Shown here: positions 11,412 to 22,984 of the stretch, piece by piece
Numbering within the stretch: the first letter of the stretch is position 1
Layout: every line of letters begins with the position of its first letter
Source: Hydrurus foetidus
Taxonomy: Eukaryota
Assembly: GCA_900617105.1 (NCBI GenBank)
Contig: UYFQ01000320.1
Coordinates: 1 to 34,302, forward strand
Reading direction: 5' to 3'
DNA length: 34,302 nucleotides
The notes under the pieces: generated by a model
Databases searched by the model: none
The model's input: only the letters and a program-made list of their open reading frames with translations
Told to the model about the DNA's origin: nothing
Translations under genes and position numbers: made by a program

Positions 11412-11669
11412 AGAGTGTTTGCGCAAACGGAAATATCCCGGATATTTGGAATTTCGTCTTTTAGACTTTTCCGAGATTTTGGGGGGTAAAAGCCGTTTCG
11501 GACATTTAGAAAAATCGTCTTGCGCTTTCGGACATTCGATATATCTGGAATGACGAGTTCAAAGTCTTTTTTTTTGAAAATTCGAATTTTATTCTCTATC
11601 GTGGAGTGAAGTACTGGAGCGCTATTCTCGCAAGATGCGTTACAACATGCATCAGTAGATATCCCAACT

Positions 11670-13045
11670 ATGGGAGACGAGTTTGAGACCGTTCTAGTGG
11701 ACCGAGCTCTAATTGGCTCACTGTCTCTGAAACACCGTTGCGCCGGCATCTCTGCTGAAGAGGTTTTGCGGCGAAAGAAGTACCTGCGAGTATCTGCCAT
11801 GATAGTTGCAGGTCTTCTCGATGATGGCTACAACAGTGTCGATAGTGATGACAGTGTCGAGGAGGAGGAAGAGAATCGTTGTGTTCCAGAGGATGACTCT
11901 TTAGAACTAGTCAGTTATTCTCTGTTGAAGGAAGTCATTTCAATTGATGAACCTATCAATATCACAATGTCGAAGCTGACGAAGATAGTGATAACGACTG
12001 ATAGTTATTCCGATGAGCAGTGCTGGTCGTTGCTTCGCTTTCGCAAGCCTGATATAGTTAAGCTCATTGGTCAGCTCGTTATGCCGCCGTTTCTATTTTC
12101 TCCCTCACGTCATCGTTACTCGAAGGAATTTTCTATCCTACTCTTGTTAAGGCGGATGGCTTATCCAGGGAGACTTCACGACCTTGAGATTGAGTTTGGC
12201 AGAGAGCACACCTCCTTGAGCCGATCTCTGGGCCTGACTGTGGATTGGATGCTCGCAAATCATGGTTTTCGCATAACCGACAACTTAGGCTTTTGGATGC
12301 CTTATCAGGAAACTTTTGCAAGAGCTGTTTCATCGAAGACAAACGTTCCTCTGGAATTCGCAAACGTAAACTCTTTTTTAGATGGCACGCAGAAGTCTAT
12401 ATGCCGTCCTAGCGATGGTGAAGGAAGGGTGGAAGATATTCAAAAGACTTATTATTCTGGATACTATAGGAAGCATGGTTTTAAGATGCAATCCTTAATG
12501 TACCCTAACGGTGAGATCGTAGATTTTCTTCATTTTAAATTGATTATGGTTTAAATTGTATTACAAACTTACTTTTCATTGCAGGTATGATTGGTGATCT
12601 CTACGGCCCTGTTTCATGTCGCCGTCACGACTCCTACCTATTGAGAAAGAGTACGTTACATGACAGATTGACTGCCTTGCTTTCGAACTTCCCTGTAGAT
12701 TATTTGTGTTACGGTGATTCAGCTTATCCTAAACTGCGTTTCATCACAAGAGGTGCGAAGAGGCACAAAGTTCCTAATCCCTTAAATATAGTCGCATTAG
12801 AAAATAGTAGAAGAATGTCAAAAGTTAGAGAATGTGTTGAGTGGGGATTCGACAAAATTATCAATCTTTGGGCCTTTTTAGACTTCTCAAAAAATCTTCA
12901 GATGTTCTCTTCGCCAATTTCTACGTATTACACCGTCATGGCGTTCCTCACTAATTGTCACACTTGTTTGTACGCCGGGCAAACATCACAATTTTTCGAA
13001 TGCGCCCCACCAACACTAGAAGAATATCTTTGTCCAATTGTCTGA
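11670..13045 (+). CDS. Harbinger/HARBI1-like DDE_Tnp_4 transposase, apparently intact (intron 12511-12584)
   Basis: LRFRK, LRRMAYP, FLDGT, YYSGY..KHGFK, NG|MIGDLYGP...RRHD, YGDSAY, RECVEWGF. A GT-AG intron joins the two ORFs in frame. Confidence 0.92.
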
Positions 13046-13369
13046 ATCTAACTTAATTGGAGCTCATTCTTGAGTTATGTTTTTTTTTCCTTAGTGTAAA
13101 AATTTGATGAAAAAAGATATTGATCAAAATTTATCGTCACAGAAATGATCAAAATTACTTTTTCCCAAAATGCAGCTAGGTAAATTAATAAAGTTTGGAA
13201 ACATTTGCAAAAGCACAGAGTTTGAATCTTTTATTTTGGCGTTCGTTTTTGAAGGAACGACGTCAAAAACTGCTGTGACAGACACCTATTTAAAAAAAAA
13301 ACGGAAACGGTAAATTTCCCAATTATTTCTAGCTGTCACATGGAAGAATCACAATTAAACTAAATCAGC

Positions 13370-14197
13370 ATGGTCATCTGTAATTACAGATTCGGTTCGA
13401 ATGTTTGTCTGGATGAATGCCATAAAACAGACGGTGGCAGAGTTACTTCAAAATGCAAGAAGCATCTTAATCAAGCTGCCAAAAAGTCGAGAAAGAAGTT
13501 GATTAGGAAGATTGAATTCACCTCTCCGAGAGATGCCCTCATAGCTAAAGCCACAGAAAATTCGGAAGCGAAGAAGCGCACTCAAAGATCTAGAGCAGGG
13601 AGACAAGACGCCATAGAGACCATTCAGAATGACAACGTCAGGAGAATAGCGACTATCCTTAACAGAATGAAGGATAGCAGAAAATACGTTATTGTGGCTA
13701 ATGCAGTTGCCAGTACTTTGAAGCCTGAGGACTTTAAATTGACTGGTGTAGCTGAGCCAATCACTTTCTCCAACACGCTTCCTCCATTCCTTCGAACAAT
13801 GCAAGCTCTGGAGGATCCCTCAGTACATTTATCTGATGTTTTGGAAGCCATCAATTCTGTATTTGGCGGATGTTGCAACATTAAAGCTAAACTTCTGAAT
13901 TCCAAAGCAGGCGACACAGCACAGAAAAATCACACTGACAACGTGCCAGACAAGACAGCACCGCTGAAAACCTTGTCTTCTTTTCATTACTCTGCACTAA
14001 TTAGCTTAGAAGAAAACACGACGCTGCTTGTTGGCAAAGGCCGCAAGACAGTAAGCATTCCTCTGCATTCCATGATATTTTTCAGAGGTGACATGACTCA
14101 TGCAGGGGCTGGATACACAGAAGAGAACTCAAGGCTGTTCATTTCAGTGTCATCTGCTGCATTTCCGGCTACTGAGGATGTTTCATTGGTAAACTAA
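13370..14197 (+). CDS. 2OG-Fe(II) dioxygenase-fold protein with N-terminal Cys/His Zn-finger-like motif (transposon cargo)
   Basis: Intact 275 aa. QKNHTD (HxD), FFRGDMTHAG (distal His) and NSRLF (2OG-binding Arg) occur in DSBH order; N-terminal CNY..C..C..CKKH plus a basic tract. Confidence 0.8.
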   Translation: MVICNYRFGSNVCLDECHKTDGGRVTSKCKKHLNQAAKKSRKKLIRKIEFTSPRDALIAKATENSEAKKRTQRSRAGRQDAIETIQNDNVRRIATILNRMKDSRKYVIVANAVASTLKPEDFKLTGVAEPITFSNTLPPFLRTMQALEDPSVHLSDVLEAINSVFGGCCNIKAKLLNSKAGDTAQKNHTDNVPDKTAPLKTLSSFHYSALISLEENTTLLVGKGRKTVSIPLHSMIFFRGDMTHAGAGYTEENSRLFISVSSAAFPATEDVSLVN

Positions 14198-14257
14198 ATA
14201 ACTTTTTGAGGCTCTATAATTTAATTAATAGAGATCACTTAGCAAGATAAGACAAGT

Positions 14258-15010
14258 TTACTTCTTCGCTAAAGATTCCATGGCAATTTTTAACATGGCT
14301 TTAGACATCTCGTCTCTTCTAATAGAATCCTCTCGTGCTTCTTGGCGAATCAAGCGGGCCTCTTCGACTGCTTCTTGACGAACTCTCTTTGCCTCCTGGA
14401 ATTCCTCCTCTCGCAGCAGCATCTTACGATCCTCCAGGGAATGCTTTCTGTCCCTGTCGACAGATGTGTCTTCGTCGGCTTTCTTGGAGAGGACCTTGAT
14501 AAGCATGGAGTCCAAGGTGTCTTTCTGCTTGATCGGTTCTCCATCAGGAGTGGGGCGGACGAAAGGCTTTTTGTTCGCCTTCGGAGTCACTCTTCCCTTT
14601 GTCAATTCCAGATCTTGAGCCGCGGATAGAGCTACCACTCCTTCTTTTGCCTCACGATCCAGATCGGCGTGGTCCGCTTCCTCCTCCATTTCTGCAATGA
14701 TCTCCTCTAAACCCGACGCTATCTCGCCTATATCTTCAGTTCCGCCAGATTTCCACTAGTGGTCCTTCTTGTTAGCTTTCTGGATGGTATGAAGTTTTTC
14801 GAATTGAGTCAGGCAAGTTTTGCCGCTGGGAAACGAGTTACCGAGGAAAGTTTCCGTCCTCTCTTTTAAAGCAGCTGCAACTCCATCCCAAAACGCGTTC
14901 TTCTGACCGTGGCCGATCTTTGCATAGTTGCAAATTCTGACTGGGTGGCCAATAGCTACCTCACTCACTAAAAACTCATTGGCCTCCTTCGTCCAAACTG
15001 TATTTACCAT
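14258..15010 (-). pseudogene. Myb/SANT-like accessory protein of the Pangu-like element, one in-frame TAG at 14756-14758
   Basis: WTKEANEFL...FWDGVAAAL...KTCLTQFEKL...*WKSGGTED continues in frame into the coiled-coil ORF 14258-14689. Confidence 0.78.
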
Positions 15011-15181
15011 CTTGTTTTCAGGTTTATTTGATCTCGGATATATCTCGGATATATCCGAGATCAAATCTCCGAGACTCGGCGATTCTCGGAGGAAATTCTC
15101 GGAGATTTGACGAAAGAGGGGGGTAAATCTCCGAACCCTGGGGTTTGAGCCGGATATTTCCGTTTGCGCAAACACTTTAGT

Positions 15182-15924
15182 GATCAAGAACTTCTCACGA
15201 ATTCAGAGATTATGTTGAAAGTGACAACAAACGCGCATTACTTCATGAGGCAGAAGGGATCAGTAGCACAATATTCATCACTATCTGAGATTGGTGCTAC
15301 ACTTTGGCAGAGACAGCTTCCTACATGCAGGCCTCCACCGATCGTCTCACTGATAATCCAAAAGACACCGGACATCGTTCATCACAAAGGGAGAAAGTGC
15401 AGCAATGAATTAGCCGGTAGACAACTGAGTAATTGCGGTAAAAAAGTCATAAAAATGGTGTCAAGCCAACTGTGCGTAAATAATGAAGATCCATTGGGAT
15501 ATCTAATCGCTGCAATTAAGGAAACAAGAAATCCATACGACTCAGTCTGCAAAGCTATATTTACAGGAATGGAAATTGACGACGATTTTGAACCAACGTA
15601 TGAGAAGGTTTCCAACGAATTACATCGGTATCTGCAATACCTAAAAAGTACATAACGTTCAGTTCCGAGGAGAAAGATGCGCTGCTTAAGATATTTGACA
15701 TTACTCGCGAAGCGTTCTTGGAAATTCATGGCCAATACCAAGCGAAAATCAACGTTCACGCCAGTATGATAACTAAATATATATACTGAGCTCCTTAGCA
15801 GGCTTCTCTGAGTTGGTCCCTTCATCAATAGAAAGGTGGAACCGTAATAGGGAAAAAGTATTAAAAAAAACAGGACACAAAATAAATTCGGATTTTGAAG
15901 CATCAGTCTGGGGTAAATTGATGA
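15182..15924 (+). pseudogene. Element 2 transposase, N-terminal fragment 2
   Basis: LGYLIAAIK and KKTGHKINSDFEASVWGKLM match element 1 LFYLQSAIK and KKPGRKINESFESEIWGNLM. Confidence 0.8.
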
Positions 15925-16164
15925 GGCCAATCCTTAACGTAACCAAAAAAGTCATAATTTGTTCTTTTTTTGGATGAGAATTGACCGGGGGACATTTCGT
16001 AACCATACAAAATGACGTGTCCTGAAAATTGAAATTTCATTTTATTTTCGGATGACGAAATCCTACTAGGAAACGGCTCTCTTTCCTAGTCGGATTTGAC
16101 CATCCAAAATCACAAATCCCTTAGAATCCTCGTCAGACATAGATCACAATATCATCAACCAAAA

Positions 16165-18092
16165 ATGGTGAAAGTGAAACCTGAGAGTGCGAAGCAACCG
16201 AAGAAGGGTAAGCCTAGAGGCGCTAAAGTTTCTGCCAAGCAGCCAACTCGTTCATCGCCTCGTTCGCCTACGGCGCGGTCGAACACGGCGTCAAATCGTG
16301 ATGGTTTATCAATCCTTGACGCCCAGCAGCAGAAATCCTTCAAGGCGTGGATTGCGGAGATCAAGCAAATCCAAGGATTATTGATCTGTCAATGTGGTCT
16401 CTCTATTCAGTCGAAGAGCTACTGCACGCAAACTGCCCAAGACGAATTGTTCGTCATCAACTTTCCTCTTTTCTACGATATATGGTGCAAAGATCCTGTT
16501 CTCGGAAGCCGTGTCAGTAAAATTCCCTTGCTATATTTGACCGTCGGTACCAGCAAAGCAATGGAGACAATCACTGGAGAGAAAATGCGCAAGAAATATA
16601 GCTCTATGAAAACCTACATCAACAATACTCTAACTCCCATCTACAAAAGGTTAGTGATTTGTTAAGCAAAAGTTGTCTACCGTTTTCTGATTCTCTGCTG
16701 TAATCATAGGCTTACAAGGAATGGCATTCCTTCAGGGAAGAACGAAGGAGACGTCCTAAATGAGGTTCGCAAGGAAGCTCATTCCGTGAGAGGGAAGTCG
16801 GCAAATGATGATCCACAGGAGGAAGCTGATGATCCACTCAACTCATCACTTAGTTCAGTGACAACGTCAAACGCCGCCATATCTGCCAGTTCATCTTCTA
16901 GCTCATCCTCCAGCTCGGCATATATTTTTATAAAAGCGAAGGAAGATTGGGAGAATTGGTATCCCATGGAGTGGATTGCATGGACCACTTTTGGAGTACC
17001 TTCTGATGAACCTACTGTGCATTGGGTAAACGAGGCAATTGAAGATGGTCCTGAAGTTACAGAGGGAAGGAAGAAGCCTCTTGGCAGAGTTGACCAAAGA
17101 AGAAAAGAGAATGAACTCAAAGCAACCACCAAAGCAACAACAGAAATCAATGCTCTAAGAATTACTGAAACCACTCTCCACCAGAGGGAAGTCACTATGG
17201 CTGAGAGAGATAATGATCTCAATCGGATATCCTTCTTCATGACATTTTCGAAGACTCCTGCAGCGATCGTAAGTACATTTTTTGTCACTTTCGTTTTGGT
17301 ATTTTCATCAATTATTTATCGTAACAACATATGAGTATTTTTTGAAAGCTGACTGATGTCGTTGACAATATCCTAAACGTGAACAAGGCGAAGCCCTGGC
17401 AAAAAAAATCTAATTAAAATGTCTTGTGTACATTTTAGGAAAGAGCGGAAAAACTACTGGAAATATACATGGTCCATGAAAATGATCGTCTTAGCAGCAA
17501 ATTCAGTCAACAACCAACTAGCAGCTCCAATATACTTACTCAGCCACTTTCTACAATGACAATACAAGTTGCAGAGCAACTTCCATCTGTATCAGTTAAA
17601 GAATCGTATGTTGAAGAGGAGGACGCAGATGAGGAAGATGCCTTCGAAAATTTATCTTCCTACTCTCCTAATTATGAGGATGGAAACCCCTTCTCTCTAG
17701 ATGACGATACCCAGATGCCTCCTGAATCCCCCAAATTTGCTGCGTCTCCTATTGTTTTAGTTGAATCACCCCTGGTCAGTAATATTCCGATTGTCGAACT
17801 TAGAGTAGTTACAAGGCGTGCTGCCAAAGTGATGAAAAAAAACAAATATGACAATCTGACTTTTGAGGAAATTGATGTATTCTTACTCAGAAGGTATCCA
17901 TTCACATCTGAACCTGGTATATTATGTATTCAAAAATTTGATCCCGTTTCTGCTACTATAGATTATCAATTACTGCTCGAAATTGATGAGAAAAATGACC
18001 CAAAATTACGGTTTGTTAAGGCATGGCTTCAAAGACTAAAAATTGCTTTAATTAAGACAAGAGCTGACTCAGACGATGATTTAGATCTTTAA
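16165..18092 (+). CDS. Harbinger accessory (Myb/SANT or NAM-associated-like) protein; introns 16650-16709 and 17269-17438
   Basis: Three ORFs are joined in frame by GT-AG introns. TGEKMRKKY...GIPSGKNEGDVL resembles Harbinger partner proteins. Confidence 0.65.
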
Positions 18093-18122
18093 ATTTTACA
18101 TAAATTTTTATTATTTAATAAA

Positions 18123-19635
18123 TTAAGCGTGTATATATAAATAAATTTGAATCCATTTTAATTTACCTTCAAGGTATTGGTTGGTGAGATGCTTAACAAG
18201 TTTACTACGAAGATCAATAAATTTATCAGAAGTCTCTATGTCTTCCACATCTAAGCGATTAGCAAAATTAATATTATTAATATTTCTATCATATGTTCCG
18301 ACTGATGAATGGTCTACATTATTCTCTACAGTTCTAACTACCCTTCTCCTAATTTTGTCTAAAACAACTTGTTCCTCTTTGTCATTATGTGCATTATATA
18401 ATTCATTTTCCCATTTTTCATCATACCCATCAAATTCATGCAACATATTGTGAAGTATGACACATGAAAAAACAGCTTTATCAATATCATTTTTGTTGTG
18501 CCAATTAATTCCAATTTTTAGAGTAATTGAAATCTTTTTTTTAAAATACCAAAAGAACATTCAACATCTTTTCGAATACTCTCCGCAAATTCTGACCATC
18601 TAATCTCATCAATATCAGGAGTGTGTTTAATAGGGCATTGCATAATACGCCATTTGTGATAACCACCATATACACCTTTTTCTGTAATCCATTCATTAGG
18701 ACTTATTTGAAGCTCATACTGTGCATTAGTGAAACGTTTCTTGGTTCTAATATCCTGAACAAATCCATCAAATTTGACGATTGTTTTATCTGAAGTGGTC
18801 CCATAATGTCCTATAGTCGTAGCTTGAAATTTTTTAGAATGAGTTACTGTCATCTCGTAGGCAATTGACGTAAAGGTATGTTTCCCATTACGATATGTTG
18901 TTGCCTCTACTGAAGGACACTTTTCCCACCTAATGTGAACACAATCAGTAGATCCAATACACCCTGGAAATCCACTCGCCGCATAGAGTCCAGAGACACT
19001 TTCCATTTCTGAATTATTACGAGGACCATGAACATAAGAGGGGTACATTTCCTTAGCAAATCTTGCAATGAAGGCTAATGTCCATCTTCTATGAACTTCC
19101 GCTGAAACACCAGAAAGTTCATACAAAAGGTCCCAACTACAACCTTTACCAAGAATTCGAAGAGTTCCCAGTAACTTAAGCTCTATTGGTGAAACCTCCT
19201 TTCCATACGCATCAGACAATCTTTGAGGGAACCATGCATTTGCCATTAACAATAACTCTTGAAATAATTGAAATGGTACTGTAAAGCGATTGCGGAATGG
19301 TTTTCCCATCACGACTAGTCAAATCGGATAAATTGTCCCTCTGAAAAAAAATTCCACCAACAGCTTTCTCTGTAATTCTCCCTAATATATGATTTTCTTT
19401 TAGTTGGCTGCTTTGCTTCCATTTCACCATCTTCATCGACTTCTTCTCCTTCATCATCTACTTCCCCAGCCTTCTCAACATCGCTGGTAGCATCACTTTC
19501 GGCATTAAGCTTCCTTCTAGCTCGACCACTTTTCAGGAGATCAGTTAACGAAGGGACATTATCCTTTATCCATTGTTCCATGTTTAAATTGTGATGTTGA
19601 CGATGAAATGCACGATGTAAAATGGAGTCTTCCAT
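18123..19635 (-). pseudogene. Plant_tran-type Harbinger transposase, frameshifted, second catalytic Asp region deleted
   Basis: FRNRF, GFPGCIGSTDCVHIRWEKCP, RKDVECSFGILKKRF, CVILHNML. KGVY-GGYHKW lacks the expected Asp. Split across three ORFs. Confidence 0.9.
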
Positions 19636-19854
19636 AAAATAAACATCTTTTTAGATGAAAAAATATTTTGATATGGATGAACATTACGGCACAATCTATC
19701 CGGAAAAATCAAAAAATATCCAAAAAAATGGTAAAGTATAATTTTGGATAAAGATAACCATACGGCACACTATCTAAATGCATTTTATCCAGAAAAAGTT
19801 GTCCAGAATTTTAAATTCGGATTTTTTTTTGGATAATGTTAAGGAATGGCCTGA

Positions 19855-21365
19855 TCTGTGAACATGAGACAAAAACGGTAAATTTATGTTGCTGTTTCAT
19901 TCGACATATTCATAAGTATGTCATCTTTATTTGTTTTTTATTTCAATTGAGATTTATTTTAGTTAATCAATCTAAATTCAATTATTCAAAATTGTTTATT
20001 GCTGCAGGATGAAGATGGAGATGAAATAAGTGAAACACGCATTTTGGTTAGTGTTGTTTACTCTTACGCTGTTATAATTGAGGCTGCAAAATCCGTGCAA
20101 CAATTATACCATTATGAGGATGAGTGGGGTATAAGTGATCTGAAGTTCAGTTCAGCCTGGGTACGAGGTTTCCTGAACCGAGCAAATCTAAGACGGAGAA
20201 AAATAACAACCGATGATAAGAAGATTCCTTCCATAGGAGAAATTGTAGCAATTATGAGCATTGGACAAAATTTGATAAAAGAGTTCGGATATGGACCCGA
20301 CAATATATTGAACATGGACGAGACCTTTTTACGTACGCCATCGGACCGGAGTACATGTACGTTCCGGGGGACCAACATAGGGCACAGAATATCGGTGTCC
20401 CCAATGCGAAACTACGTATCACAGCAGTTGTTGCTGTCTTTGGTTCCGGTGTATTCGCGCCACTCTTTATCATCATCAAACACACTGTCAGTTCACTTGA
20501 CAGACCTGATCAATCAGGTATGAAAGTGATTAAAACATTGTACAATAAAAATGACGGATTTGGTGTTAGTGATGGGTGGAAGTTAGTATTGTGGGAGAAA
20601 GAGTTGACTATAGGAGATGTTACAGCCATTCATAAATGTTATTACATTATCAATTATGTGACTGGTGCAGTCATAACTAGCCAGTTTAAGGCTTGGAATG
20701 ACACTGTTAGAATGATAATGTGGCTTAAAACCATTGTAGCACCATTGAAAGAAAGATTAGGAAAGTTATTGATATGGTTTGATAATTGTGGATGCCATAA
20801 AACAGCATTAGTTGATTCTGTCATAAAGAGTCTACAGGTACGTGTTGCTTGCTTACCTCCTAACATGACTGGTGTACTGCAAGTCTTAGATTTAGTAGTG
20901 ATTGGTCCTCTTAAAGCTCACAGTAGAAAGCTCCGAGGATCGCGCATTGTTGCATCCTTTCAAAAATTTGCTGAGCTTCATCACTTAGAGTCATTAAAAC
21001 CTGCTGCAGAACGCAACGTTCTTGAGTTTGAGCCCCCCAAACCTGATATGTTAGAGGGAATTCAAGATTTATTTAATTTGTTTGCTTATGGCTTCAAAGA
21101 GAAGAAATTCACTGATGGAGTTAATAGATCATTTATAAGTACTGGATGTTTGCAAGAATTGCATGATGATCCCACTGTCATTAATTTTTTACCTTTCATA
21201 AAGCACAAAAATAGCGGTACAATGAAAATTACTCTAATCGGGACAACGAACTATAGCGATACTTCAGTAATTGATGAGAACTTGAACATTGTTCAAGCTA
21301 TGAATATTTTTCTAGATTATGACAGCGAGGATGAGTCTGCTATGAATGCAATACTAAATCTTTGA
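19855..21365 (+). pseudogene. Element 2 DD35D transposase, HTH and catalytic part (intron 19878-20007; frameshift near 20325)
   Basis: FSSAWVRGFLNR, NMDET, WFDNCGCHK, LQVLD; strongly similar to 6877-8145. Confidence 0.9.
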
Positions 21366-21480
21366 TCTTTATGCTGGTATCATTTTGTAAATATTAATTA
21401 TAATTCATTAAAATCAAAATGAGAGATTTGATAATACAACAGAGGCAAGCAAAAAAAAGAGCGAAAACATGAATAAATTT

Positions 21481-22020
21481 TTATAAACGCTCACAATTGA
21501 TTAGAATTCTAGTAGGGTTCGATTCCATCTCGCAGAATTTCTGATACATATCATGATTGAATTCTTCAGTGTTATTACTCAGCACTATGATATCGATGTC
21601 GTAACCTAGTCTAGTATGCTTTATTTCGTTGTGTGCAAGATGACCTTGGAAAGATACAGTAAAGTGATGTCTATCTATAACAGATGCAAGAACTTTTGCG
21701 AAGTTCCTCGAGATGTGACCGATGCGCTCCCCAGGAATGAAGCTTCCCTGAGGATCCAAGAAATTGTGGGCGCTACCAACTCAGTGTAATTGGCATCTGT
21801 GAATCAGATCATAGGCAGCTGTTGAGTACGTTATTCAAATCGGACATGTGCGCAACAGTATTATAGCATACTAAACAGATAAAATTAGCTATGCAGCTGA
21901 CCATGCAATTTATTCGCGTTCCTCCGCAATCCATAGTACTCTCCAGTCCTAACTTTGATCGATTTGTCAAGCGCAAACAGGCCGCTAGCGTGGCTCCGGA
22001 ATCGCATGACAGGAACCATC
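21481..22020 (-). pseudogene. HIRAN-like domain gene of element 2 (predicted intron 21797-21901; frameshift near 21765; start approximate)
   Basis: GLFALDKSIKVRTGEYYGLRRNANKLH-D-ANYTELVAP...PGERIGHISRNFAKVLASVID; same intron position and phase as element 1. Confidence 0.7.
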
Positions 22021-22468
22021 TTTTTGAAATAACGAATGAATCGACAAGGTTAGCTTCGAAATCTCCGGACATCACGGAATCATGTTGTAAGCACCGATCG
22101 CCAACTAGAAATATCTGATACTTGACGAAATGATCCGCATTCGAGTTCAACTCGGACGATTTCAGGAAAAACAGTTGAGAACGTTTCTTTCCTCCTCGCT
22201 GAAGAGAAGAACGTCCGAATCGCAATTTTTTTGTATAGAATTGGATTAGATGACACGAGCGTTCCAAATATACGAAGGTTTCCTGTGACATTCGCTACCC
22301 TCAACTCAGTATTGTATCAATTCTGCAGTGATCTCTAAAATATGAGAGCATAGTGATGACGGGGAAAATAAAGTGGATTACACAACACACCACCCAAATG
22401 AAATAAATAAAAGGAAGGGAGGCGGTATGCGTATGCGGTTATGTGGCAATTGGTTTCTTTGTCGATAC

Positions 22469-22984
22469 GTGAAAATTGTTGGAACAACACACAACAAAAT
22501 CTTACCATACCGTTTGGAAGAAAACGCTATTGTCGAACGTATCGACAAAGAAACCAATTGCCACATAACCGCATACGCATATACTACCGTTCGTACAAAG
22601 AATACTGAATTCAACCGTCAGGCACAACTTACCTGCGGCAACGCGATCGACCTTCAGAGAGATGATCTGGTAACGCACAAAGAAAAAAAGTGCTACATGA
22701 CCCAACTAAAACCGTTTCAATTTGACCCTACGCATGTCGACCCAACCGACATTGCTCGTAGAGAATATCTGGAATTCTTTATAGAAGATAGACTAGAAAT
22801 GAAAGGAAACATAAGAGCATACAAATCACTCACGATTCATGTTAAATGGCTCAACTATACCCATGAGCACAACACATTGGAACCGTGGACACACATACAC
22901 AAAGTGCAGAAAGTACATGAGTTCTTGATTAAAAAGACCCTCAAACACTTAATCCCACGCAAATTTATCACAAACTACCGTTAA
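22469..22984 (+). pseudogene. pol: Gypsy element C integrase C-terminus with chromodomain
   Basis: ENAIVERIDKE (third catalytic E), LKPFQFDP, then EFFIE...HVKWLNY..EHNTLEPW chromodomain. Confidence 0.85.

Larger units (their letters stand above)
11412..15178 (+). mobile_element. PHIS-group (Pangu-like) DNA transposon, 3767 bp, three genes
   Basis: 27-bp TIRs AGAGTGTTTGCGCAAACGGAAATATCC (11412-11438; 15152-15178, one mismatch) and AGT TSD (11409-11; 15179-81). Excision restores the host frame DIVFFH-S-DQELL. ANT TSDs are described for Pangu. Confidence 0.9.
15925..19851 (-). mobile_element. PIF/Harbinger DNA transposon, 3927 bp, two convergent genes
   Basis: Imperfect TIRs GGCCA(A/T)TCCTTAAC and TGA TSD (15922-24; 19852-54). 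Excision restores the host frame WGKLM-ICEHETKT. Confidence 0.9.
10672..22425 (+). mobile_element. pogo-like DNA transposon 2 (about 4054 bp after removing two nested elements)
   Basis: 30-bp TIRs CCGTCTCCCTTCCTTTTATTTATTTCATTT (10672-10701; 22396-22425, one mismatch), TA on both sides. Same gene layout as element 1. Confidence 0.92.

Noticed and set aside
13370..14197. Naming the dioxygenase TET/JBP or AlkB
   Set aside because: Only the generic HxD...H...R pattern is visible; family assignment needs a profile or structure search.
10611..22529. 61-bp direct repeat as a long target-site duplication
   Set aside because: The element has normal TIRs and TA flanks. The repeat is separated from the TIR by an inverted segment, which points to a rearrangement.
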